From contig CP075494.1 in the NCBI GenBank assembly GCA_021613535.1, forward strand, positions 13,764,001 to 13,828,000: DNA of 64,000 nt, given 5' to 3'. Below are positions 1 to 11,913 of the stretch, piece by piece. The notes below the pieces were generated by a model. That model saw nothing but the letters and a program-made list of their open reading frames with translations. It ran no database searches and had not been told where the DNA came from. A program made the translations under genes and the position numbers. The DNA is from Adineta vaga. Its lineage: Eukaryota; Animalia; Rotifera. Position 1 is the first letter of the stretch. The number at the start of each line of letters is the position of its first letter.

Positions 1-42
1 AGCACGGCTTGATGCTAATGGAATAACGCACTAAATATAGTT

Positions 43-82
43 AGAGAGAGAGAGAGAGAGTGAGAGAGGGAGAGAGGGAGAG
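43..82. repeat. (GA)n purine microsatellite upstream of the neuropeptide gene
   Basis: The run agagagag...gagagggagag is directly visible, just upstream of a TATA box. Confidence 0.85.
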
Positions 83-91
83 AAAAACGAG

Positions 92-100
92 TATATAAAG
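92..100 (+). promoter_or_regulatory. TATA box of the neuropeptide precursor gene
   Basis: GTATATAAAG lies about 30 bp before a GTAAGT donor at 131, which likely opens a 5'UTR intron ending at TCCTAG (306), 15 nt before the ATG at 321. Confidence 0.5.
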
Positions 101-320
101 TGATAGGAATAACCGACATAAAATCAAACTGTAAGTATTTTCACAACTGATTTTTCCTTTGTTGTCACAAACAACTAACTAAGTGACATTCTTTCTTTTT
201 CATTATTTACAATGCATATACATAATTGTTGAGAAAGGTGATAAGAAAAAACGACTTCCGAGAGAATCCACTTAAAATTGTTTTTGAATGATTTGCCATT
301 TCCTAGATTATATTTAAAAA

Positions 321-788
321 ATGAAACCTTCATCTATTCTCCTTATCCTTGCCAGTATTCTCATGGTGCTCGTATTTAAACTTGCATATACAGGTATGAA
401 ATGAATTTAGTTCAAAATTTAATAAATAAATTGACTGATTTAGATGCTGCTGCGCTGATCAATGAAGAATCCATGGTTGATAGTAGTGCAAGTGATGAAG
501 ATTATTCATCAATACGACGCAAGAAGGATACAAGCGCATTTACAGGACAACAAGTTATTCCATCACCACATCGTCGTCATCATTTGAAATTTGGTGTACT
601 TGGTAAACGTTATACCTATGGTTATTTGGGTAAACGAAATGACGGTATGTTTTAAAAGTTTTCTTTTTCTTTTCTTTTTCTATAATCAAATCTTTTTAGT
701 GCCACAAGTCAATACCGATATTGAAGATTGGTTGGATAATATGCGCGAAAGACGTGCTGGCCGTCCACAATACGGAATGTTGGGCTAA
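321..788 (+). CDS. Neuropeptide precursor encoding three (F/Y)GxL-amide peptides, allatostatin-A/buccalin-like
   Basis: Exons 321-393, 444-644 and 700-788 join in frame through GT-AG introns. Hydrophobic signal peptide MKPSSILLILASILMVLVFKLAYT. Peptides flanked by basic sites: RR-HHLKFGVL-G-KR, YTYGYL-G-KR and RR-AGRPQYGML-G-stop. Confidence 0.88.
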
Positions 789-2267
789 AATGTCTGTATA
801 CTATCGACACTTTATCATACTATTCAATAAACAATATCCCTTTCATTATTTCATTCTTTTATCATCACTAAACAATAATAATATCATTGCTAGCAATGCT
901 ATATTCTTTTATTGGATTTAATTGATAAAAGAAGTGATAGAAATTGTCACGCATAAATTTATCTATTTTTTCATTCAAATTCAATACCAAATATAGCATC
1001 TGAAAGGGTTAGTCCAACATAACTTTGATTACTGGAAGCATGAAATAAACATTTCATCGTACTGAGAAGTCAGATGAACTTTAGTTTGAATTTAAGAATG
1101 TCTGCGTTTAGATTATGATCTTTTATGATTGTTGATAAATAATGAGCATTTATGAAAGAAAAATGATGCGTGTTTAGTAATTGACATAACGTCGAGACAA
1201 ATTTTGTTTCATGAGTCTATTCATCTTGCAGACTATCGCTTATTGCGGAGTGGAAAGTTTCTTTTTTTTCATCCGATGATTAAAATTCAGGAAAATGCGA
1301 CTCTCGTTTGTTCATAGACAATCAATGTCTTTTCTAAAAGTACGTTTGGATTCTAGCATAATTGATTGATAGATGATATCGACTGAAAGAAGGAAAAACA
1401 TATTATGACTATATTAAAAATGAATGTGAAGTAATTGAATAGTATAGACGTGCTTTTGATATACTGTTGTTCTACTTACACTCAACTGACAGACAATTAT
1501 GAAAAGAAAACAAAGTAAAGATTCAATTGTATTATATTTCAATTTAGATTGGTAAAGCTTAAGTTTTGTGCATGTCTTTTCTTCTGAAAGATTGGGAACT
1601 TTAATTTCACTAAATGAAACATTCTTTGATATTCTAGTGTTGAATTTAGATGATTTTATTGTGTATAGATAGAAACTAGTGAAGTCGCCAAAATAAATTC
1701 AGTTATAAATGTATCACTATTGACATAGGTTCATGATCAACAAATATGTGTCCCTTTCTTTTACTTCGTAGTATATATAAGTTTTAACCAGACATGTATG
1801 TATATATAAATATGTCAATTATTAAATAAATGTTTGTATATGAAGAGAAACTACTTTACACAGTTTTGTTTGTAAAGTAAGTCGAAAACAGAACAGATAC
1901 AAACAACAACAGTTGTAAAATGAAGAGAGAGAGAGACAGAAAAAAAGAACACCGTTGGGTATCGGCAATGAGGAGAAGAAAAAAACACTGTGTTACAGTT
2001 ACAAGAAGATCAAGAATAAACGACGAATAAAAAGAAATGGCAATTCACACATGCACACACATTAGCGTGACTATTCTAAAACATTTTGATCAAATAAAAG
2101 ACAAACTACAAAGCACAAGAGAAAAAGAAACTTGTTTCAAAATCATTTTGAGCTTGAAAAACAAGAAACAATGTTTTTACGAAAATAGATGATGCCATAA
2201 GAGACAAATATGTTCTTCATTAATTGATTAACTTATGTGTAAAGAGATTTAACACAGAAATTAATGT

Positions 2268-5200
2268 CTAAGAACGTCTCTTCTTCTTCTTCTTACGCAC
2301 TTCACCATTTCCACGGATACTAACTGGAGCATAAGCAAGATATGGTTGAGGTTGACCAGGAACATTGACCGAACATTGTAAATACATTTGTTCAGAAGTT
2401 GCATCATCAGTTGGAGCAACAATAACACTATTTCCTTGTTGCTATAGAAAAAATAAATAAATAAAAATAATTTTTTTCTCCTTCATAAATATTCTTGTTT
2501 AATTATGAATACATACACGAGCATAATTTGGTAAACTTGTATCATGTGCGTATTTACCCCATGTAACTGTATACTGTTGAGTACCTTTGACATTACATGT
2601 AAAAGTAACTTTTTCACCACGTCCAACAGTTGCTTCAGTTGGTTCAACAGTTACATCTATAGGAATACCCTGTTGTTGTTGATAATCACCACCTTGATCA
2701 TAATTTGCAGCTGAACCACCTGAAACAAAAGAAGAAAACCATTATTTTAGTTCTAAAAGAAACTATTGCTTACCATCGAGTCGAAGATCATAGCTATTTT
2801 CTTGGGCGCCAACTTCTGGTGCACGTGGAAAAGTGACTTCACATCTAATTGGACAAATACAATAAATAAAAGCTCATATTGAACATTAATTCTTACCGAT
2901 AACGACCAGCATCATTTGCTTGAGCATTACGAATAGTTACTAAACCATTTGGATGAACTTCAACATCTATACAGAAAATATTCATACACAGTTTCATACA
3001 ATTGTAACTATTTGAATTTTACTATTTTCTAATGTTCGACCATCTTTAGTAAAAACATATTCATATGGTTGTTCAACACTACCATGAACGGTACATTGTA
3101 AATATATATCACGTCCTATTTGATGACTTTGCTCATCACGTGGCTGAAAACGTACATCGACATAACTACGTGAACCTTCATTTGAACCACCTAGAGAGAT
3201 AATATTGTTTCAAAGTAAGTCAAAAATCAAGAATATAACTTATCGCTCTTACCATAGCCTCCATACTGTCCTTCTAAATAAGAAAGTGAAAAAGAAAAAG
3301 AAGTGTCCGAAATAATGAAGGTATATGCGATAAAACTTACGACTTCCTTTCCATCGAATATAAACTGGTGCTGATGCACGACCGTATGAATTGACAACAT
3401 CAAGTGTATATCGTCCATCAATATAATTTGATTGACCTTCTACATGTAATGTACCATCTTCACGTGCACTAACACCATCAGGTAAATATGTCGAACCATC
3501 TTTTGCCCAAGTTATGGTTGATCCACTATCTCCCTGAAATCAAAGAAAACATTCTATACAAGAAATATATTTATATTGGAAAGAAATCTTACATAAAGAT
3601 TTGGTCTTATATCGATTATTTCACCATAACCAACTTCATAATTACTTTCAGAGAAACTAACTTGTGGAGCAACAGCGGCTGGATGACCCTGTCCTCGACC
3701 ATGTCGTGGTTCAACGATAATAGTTAATTCTTGTCGATCTTCACCATGTGAATTACGTACGATAACTTGATATGTACCACTTGCGTCAAGTGTCGCACGA
3801 TGAAGAATGAGTCGATTTGGTTCAACAGTGAACAATGATGGAATCGGTTGATTACCATGAACTGTTAATTTATTCCAAATAACTTCAATTGGATCGTTTG
3901 ACTAAAAACATATATTATCATTCATGAATCAAAGTCGTTTGTTAATTATAGTTCTTAGACTTACACCAACAGTATATTGAACAATCATACGTTGACCTTC
4001 TTTCAAAGTAATTGTTCGTGGTTCAATTCTTATTTTTGGTGGTCCATCTAAAAATTAAATGATGTTCTTTTCAAATTAGAGCCTTCAATCAATCGATCAA
4101 CTAACCGACACCTGCAGGTGCTCGATCACGAGCTTCAACACGAATTTCATATGGAACAGTAATTGGTGTACCAACAGAATCGTGTAATTCACAATAATAA
4201 GTGCCCGAAAAATCCGGTCGTGCACCAGTAATTTGTAAAGAATTACCATCTTGATAAATACCTGATGGAAGTCCTTGACCATCACCACGTCGCCAATAGA
4301 CTCGATAGTAACCACCTTGTGGTTGAACTGTTTGACTTGAACCTTCAGCAATGATCAATGGACTGGGTGGAGAAAATGCTGGTTGACCATAACCAGGACT
4401 GGTGGGTCGAACTTGGCCTAATAAGAGATCATGTAATCGATGCAAATATATTCATATATTCTTATAACAAGAACAAACCTGGACGATAATCTAAGTAAGC
4501 AGCAACACGTTCAATATGACCATCAGGAAACGTTATTGTAGCAATATAGTTTCCACCTTGTTCAGTTGATGGATTACGGAAGACCAAATCATTACCTTCT
4601 TGAATTACACCAATTGGTAATGGACTACCATCTGTACGACCCCAAACAACTGATTGTGGTTGAGCATTCTAGTGAAAATCAATGAGCGAATTGTCATACA
4701 GAATATAGATTTAACAATAGTATTGATCACATACAAGTACTTGTAATGGAATACGTTGTTCAGCTTGATTACCATCTAAGACAATACTTAATGGGGTAGT
4801 ACCATATGCATCATATGGTCGATGATCAACATAGTATGAACCACGTGAACCAGGGCCATAGGATGGTTGTGGTGGATCTAAAATATATGTACGTCATTTG
4901 TTTATTTTTCATTTAGTATAAATTTAATATTTACATGGTTGATATTGATCTTCTCGTACGCATTGATTAATTCGTGCATCAAGAACATAACCTCCGCGAC
5001 ACCGTTCACATCGATCACCTTCGCTATTACCTTGACAATCCTAATATAATAAGAAAACACACGAGAATTACAATCCATAGCGACAACACAATTTCTTCTA
5101 CATACAAAACATTTGCCTGTTTCACGATCACATCGATCTGATCGATCATGACATAATGATCGACACGACCAACATTGTCCCAAATAAATACCAACTAATG

Positions 5201-8200
5201 GATGTGGACGACCATAACCTTCAGCACATTTTTCACACGATGAACCAGTATAATTGGCTGGACAACGGCATGCTTCAACTGTCGGTGCTGTATCAGCGTA
5301 ACCTTCTCGTGCAGCAACATTCAATGTAACACCACGAAGACTAGAAAAAACGAAAACAAAATGCAAAAATAATCGATAGAATAGATCTTCTTACACAGCA
5401 GTACGTCGACCACCAATAGGATTTATTTTAACAAGAAAAGTATCCAAATCTGAAAGTGCCATAAGGATATTTTCTCGATCAATATATGTACCATCTTTAC
5501 GAGTAAATGTTCTCTACAAGAAAAACATATATTTCATCGATTTCTTATAATGTTCTTTTGTTCATATTCATACCTCATTACATGGAACTGAATAAGTAGC
5601 ATTTGTATTTGCTTTAAATCGTTGACTTTGTGGAAGTTTATGAACAAGATCAATATTATTGCCACGTAACCAGATAAATTCATCGTTACTTGGTGCTTCT
5701 TTATCATTACCATCATTAGTAAAATGTATATCAATATTACCATCATATAATGCTACCAAATCACCAAGTGCTTTTTGTGGTGCTTTCCAATAAAGAACGT
5801 CATTAGCTGGTCGACCTAAAGAATTTTGATCAATTGCTAATTCTCGTCCACCATGAAGTTGTTGAATACGATCACCAGCTTCATATCGATCAGTTGCAAA
5901 ATTTTTCGGTATAACATTCCAGTTATTTAATGGAAGAGCATTCTAATTGAAGGACATTTTATAGATAAATATCAATAAATATTAAATCGAAAACTTACAG
6001 CTTGTCGTCGCCAATCCGATGACGTACAATCAGTTGAAACACCCGAACAGAAGCATGGCAAACAACCGTTAGGTGTTGTTGGATTCAAATAGAAATGGCT
6101 ACGTTTACATTGATTACATCGATCACCTTCGACATTGTATTTACAAATACAACGACCACCACGTTCCATATGTGTACCAGATGGATCACAACCTATGTAG
6201 AAAGAAAGAAAGAAAGAAAGATAAAGAGTTGTTGTCTGTATTTAAATTGAATAGATATGTACCTAATGAGGGTTCTGGTACACCTGTACTTGGTACACAG
6301 TCATAAATGGTACCTCGACGAGCATCACCTTGATAACCTGGAGCACAGAATTCACAATTGAAACCAGCGGTATTATGTTGACAGTTCTAAACCGGAAAAT
6401 AAAATAAAATATGTACTATTCCTTTTTTGATAATGCATACGAGACATCTTCCATCACTTGAACAATGGGATGAATGTCCATTACAGTTACATTGTTGTGT
6501 GGGTGGTGATCGACCATTTGGATCTGTTATTCAAAAATCAATAGTATGAATCAAAATTCAATTACAATGAAATAAAAATACGAACCAATAATAACATCAA
6601 CAATTGCATCGGGAGTAGCGAAAATAAAACCTTGATTATTGAGAGCTTCACATGAATATGCACCAGCATCAGCTATAACCACATTACGAACAGTAAGTGT
6701 ACCGGTAACAAAATTTGGATCATTCGTATCAATGGCTTGTAACATTGTACATCGGCCATTATCAGAACCATCATTACATACATGTCCCCAATTGAGTCGC
6801 CAATTGATATAGGGTGCTGGGGAACCACGAGCTGTACATTGAATTGTTAAGGTTTGTCCAACATTGACTTGAATTTGACGTTGTGGTGGGGCAACCACCG
6901 TTGGTTTAACTTTATATATTGAAATATATATGTATGACAGTTTTTTCTATGTCTATGACTTACCACAACCAATTTCATCTGAACGATCAGGACAATCGTT
7001 ATAACCATCACATTGAAATGATCGTGGAATACATACAGGATTCGGTGATGTAGCATTGGGTCCACCACAATGAAATTCACTTGGTTTACAGTGACGCTGA
7101 CGAGGAAGTAATTCTATTCGAGAGAATTCAATTATATTCATTTTTTCTCTAATAAAAACAAAATAAATTCTCTTTACATACCACAATAACGTTGATCTTC
7201 GTCACTTCCATCATCACAATCACTAAAATAGATGAATAGAAATCTCTTATATAATCATAAGGTTAATTTTGTCTCACCGATCACCATCGCACATCCAAAA
7301 TTTCTGTACGCATTTACGTCCTCGATCAGCATTAGTACAATGAATTTCATTTGGTTGACATTGATCACCTAAATTTATATACACAATGAAACTACAACAA
7401 TCAAACTAACATTCACGATAAATTACCTGAGCCAGATGCTAAAATTATAAACATATTGAAATTAGTTAAAACAAAAAATTATCAAATCAACTTACGTCCA
7501 GCTTCATCACTATTGTCACCACAATCGTTTTTACCATCAAAAAGATATGCACGAGGAATACATCGACCATTGCGACAGGTTGCTTCATCAATACTACAGC
7601 GACCAGAAACGGGTTGTGAAGGTGCATCTAAACAGAAATAGAGATTAGTGAATCAATTCTAATTTGTCAACATACAAGTAATTTGAAGATTAGTTGAACC
7701 ACTTGCTGATTGACCACTAGCACTAATTGCTTCACAAGTGTAAACACCTGAATCTTGAGATGATGCTCGAGGAATAATTAATTGATCAGAATAACCACGA
7801 TCAACTGTTCCTCGATTCTATTAATAAAATTAATCAAAAGCGATTTCATAGGAAAATTCAAGTATGTTATTTACTGAAGCAAATGTCCATCGGTAACTAT
7901 TGGCTTGTTCACTGGTACGACAGCGAAGAATGATTTGCGCACCTTCATGTGGTTGACCTTGAGCGATGTCGACTGTTACAGTAAAACCACCACCTAAAGA
8001 AAGAAAAAAGATGAAGATACAGTATTTTAGTTAAAAGACTATGATCAAACCATAGAATGGACCACCTGGTGTTGGGATTGGACCTGAACGAAAAGAAATT
8101 GCATATTGCTATCATTCATTTCTTTTATATCGATAAAAAAAACTACCTCCGAAAGTAAGAACACTATTTGCATCAGCATAGCTACTGCCTGGTATTGAAC

Positions 8201-9205
8201 AACGATAGTTGCCCAAATAAGGTCTTGAAATAGGTCGAATATGAAGAGTTTTACCACGTGGATAAAGTGGCTGTTCATCGTTAATAAGCTAAATAAATAG
8301 ATCAGAGGTTTCTTTTTAATCTCTATCTACCTAAAAATAGAACATACTCGATTGTTAAAAAACCATTGAATACCACCTTCATCTTCTGGTAAAGCACCGT
8401 CACATTGAATTTCAACATAATCACCATCAGCCATATCAGGTGCAATAATACGTAAATATCCACGACCAGCAGCACCGGCTGAAAATATCCAAAAATATCC
8501 TGTATTTTTCAAAGTTCGTTTTTTTAAACTTACGCGTAGGTGCGCGTCCTGGACCATCGGGTGATGGAACATAACGACCTTCTTGCATAGTTAAAATAGC
8601 CGAACCACTATTACCAACTGCATCTTGTGCCATACATGTATATTTACCAATTTTACTTGTATCATCAATGGTAATACGTGCTCGTAAAGCAACTTGAGAT
8701 ATAGTTACTTGTTTATCATTTGTTTCAGCTGGATTAGTGAGAGCATAACGCTAAAAAACGTATTGATAAATGAATTGCATAGATAAACTAAATAAGATTT
8801 TACTCGTTCAGGTTCTTCTTGAATCCAATAAATAGCTGTACTTGCATCAGCACCGTATACAGTACATGTAATTTCATATGTTTGACCACGTTGCACTTGA
8901 AGAAGTTCTGGACTAACAACAACACGAAGTTCAACTCGATCAGCTGATCCTGGTTGAACAGGTGTAGGTGTTGTATCTTCTGAATAAAAAATGATAATTA
9001 TTAATAGAAATGACATCGATTATAAGTCATAAGTTACCTTCAGTGACATTGGATTGAGTTACATTTCCTAAATTAGATAAAACAAAACTTATTATTCTAT
9101 CATTACATCATATTAGATTAAAAAAATAAGCAACAAAATCAATCATTGAATAATAATTATAAACATGCAAAAAATCTCTATTTGTTATTTTTCATTGTGT
9201 TACAA

Positions 9206-9236
<31 letters not shown>

Positions 9237-11913
9237 TTAATGTAAGTTAAATAAAGATGATGTTATACGATTACTAACATATGTACCGTTCGAATGAGAA
9301 CAACAACAAGAAGAAGAAGAAGCTTATTAATAAATAAGCATCAGTACCATTACGAAATAACAATTGACATTTAAAATGTTAATCTCACGTTTTACATCTG
9401 CAAGGAAAGATTCTCTGGATGGATGATGATATCTTCCTGCATATTCAATTTCTTCATCATCATAATATTCAATATCATCATTTGCTGATATTGAACTAAT
9501 CCTTCGTTGAGTTGTTGTAGTAATAGTAGTAGTAGTAGCAGTAGTAGCAGTAGTAGCTATTGTTGTTGATATTAAACTTCGAACTCTACCATCTATATCA
9601 ACTTCATCATCATAATATTCAATATCCTCAATTGGTGTTGAAGTCGGGGTCATTGTTTTTTTTCTTGTTGTTTTCACAGTTGTAGTTGTAGTTCTATATT
9701 CAATTAAATCATCTTCGTCTGAATCATCATAATATTCTACATCATCATTTGATATTGTTGTTTTACTCTCAATTCGCTGCGCTTTAGTTGTAATGATTAT
9801 AACATCGTCATCATTAATTGCATCATCTTCTTCTACATTATCATCATAGACTGGAGTGATTTTTGTTATTGTCTTTGCCGTCTTTATGAGAGTATCTTCG
9901 ATAGATTTATCCTCATCATCATATTCTATGATTCATGCATAAATAAATGATTACAAATTCATGCAAAAGAAAAGAACAAATCAATCACACATTCGTTTTG
10001 ATAGACTTACCATCAATATCGAGTGCATCTAAAATAATAATAACAAAAGATCAATTCATTGTTTTGATAATTTCTATCAAAGTATTCGAAAACAAGCAAT
10101 AAGCAAACAAGCATATGAACATCAATGTTTTAGACAAAAAAAGCATTCATACTATTGATATTGTCGTGCACAAAACCATTCCATAAAAATCTTGAGTCAT
10201 TTCAACAATACCTATTGTTGTTGTCCATAATGTATCATTACCAGTTGCTGTATCATTTAATGATATTGTGGTTACATCAATACCCACATCTGTTACTGTT
10301 TCATTATCAGCAATTGTGGTTAAATTAGAATCGATAGTAATCGATTCAAAAGTTGTGATTGAATCCAAACTTGTCGTTCCATTGTTAATAACAGCTGTAG
10401 CATTATCATCTTCAGTTGTTTGACCATTGCCTGGTAGAACTGTTGTAAATATATCAGTACCATTGTCAACAATAAGGATAGTCGATGTTTCGAGGTTGTT
10501 ATTAACACTTGTTGCTTTTCCATCAGTAGCTTCATCAGTACTATTTGCATCAACAGTGACTGTCTCAATTGTTGCAGTACCAATTGTAGTACCATCAATG
10601 ACTATACCAGTTGCAGCTGGCTCAATTGTTTCAGTAGCCACTGTAGTAGCAACTTCAGCAGTAATTGTTGCGGTAGTTCCTTTTGGTAAAATGACTGTAG
10701 TATCATCAAGGACTATACCAGTTGCAGCTGGTTCAACTGTTTCAGCAGCCTCTGTAGTAGCAACTTCAGCAGTTATTGTTGCGGTAGTTCCTTTTGGTAA
10801 AATGACTGTAGTACCATCAAGGACTATACCAGTTGCAGCTGGTTCAACTGTTTCAGCAGCCTCTGTAGTAGCAACTTCAGCAGTTATTGTTGCGGTAGTT
10901 CCTTTTGGTAAGACGATTGTTGTACCATCATTGAGTATAGCTGTAACTGTTACTGATTCTGTGTTAGCTGATACGGCAGTGGCAACTCCATCTTTGACTG
11001 CAATTTAGGATATAAAAAGATGAAAATAGTACAACAGAAAAAAAAGAGAGACAACAAGAAGCTTTTAGCAGCAGAGGCAGGCAAATTTTTTTTACAAAAT
11101 TAATATGAAAAGAGAAACATCTTTTTTTGAACTTACCAACAGCGTTTGAACTTGTAGTAACTAAAATAAGAAAAAACAATGCATTTAGTTGAGTAGCAAG
11201 GAAAAGAAAAATTATGTTGGCAAACGAAGCAAGCATAATGAATAGTTTCATCAAAAGAATACATGCAAAGAAAGATTTTATCATGAATCAACATCACACC
11301 TATAGCCCCTGATTCAATTAGGGTGATTTCTTGAACTGTCGTCTCTGATTCATCTGTAACTGTTTGCGGTACATCAGCACGCTCCATTTCAATTCCAATT
11401 GGTTCTATACTTCCAGTAATCGAAACAGTTTCAGTTGGTAATAATAGAGAAGAAGCATTTGTAGCTGAAGGTGAAGCAGTTATGAAAATTAAGTTTGGAT
11501 CTTTGATGATCGTTCATTAGCTACTTACTACAATCAAGTTCATCAGAACCATCAGCACATTCAGGATTACCATTACAATAGGTAGCACACGTTTCATTAT
11601 CATCTTTGCAAAGATTAGTTCCTTCTGCGCAAGGAAAACCTAATAGCAAGAAAAGCAAGTAGCAAAGCAGTGTGAAAGCGGCAATAATTGAAGACGATAC
11701 ATAAAGCAATCAATAAAACTAGTGAAACTTACTTTCATTACTTTGTCGTCTAAATCTACGCCTTGATTCGATAGTGGCGGAAGAAGTCTAATGTGAAAAT
11801 AATTCAAATGATTTTCGATTATATTCGAACAAAGCTTTTCTTACTTGTGATATCGATAAACTTGCAATAAAGCAAATCCACAGGAGAATACCTGTGATAA
11901 TCTTAGCGTCCAT
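2268..11913 (-). CDS. HSPG2: Perlecan/UNC-52-like basement-membrane proteoglycan, short form (LDLa, Ig, one laminin-IV/EGF module, no laminin-G)
   Basis: Signal peptide [23 protein letters not shown] (ATG at 11913). LDLa repeats ([16 protein letters not shown]). A perlecan-type Ig ([20 protein letters not shown]...[14 protein letters not shown]). Laminin EGF repeats ([46 protein letters not shown]) around a laminin-IV domain. About six C-terminal Ig domains, then stop TAG at 2268-2270 after [10 protein letters not shown]. More than 30 exons. Confidence 0.85.
10590..10925 (-). repeat. 111-bp (37-aa) tandem repeat, about 3 copies, inside a Thr-rich mucin-like perlecan exon
   Basis: gactataccagttgcagctgg recurs at 10600, 10711 and 10822. 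The unit translates on the - strand as [37 protein letters not shown]. Confidence 0.9.

Noticed and set aside
4281-4289. RGD tripeptide in a perlecan Ig domain
   Set aside because: It falls in the routine W-x-R-x-D-G Ig strand-C pattern, so there is no evidence it is an integrin ligand.
9287-9322. Possible 36-nt symmetric perlecan exon encoding [11 protein letters not shown]
   Set aside because: Derived from trinucleotide microsatellite sequence, with a weak AAG acceptor and an implausible CCC. It needs RNA evidence.
10427-11008. 193-aa Val/Ala-rich ORF on the + strand
   Set aside because: Antisense shadow of the Thr-rich perlecan repeat exon.
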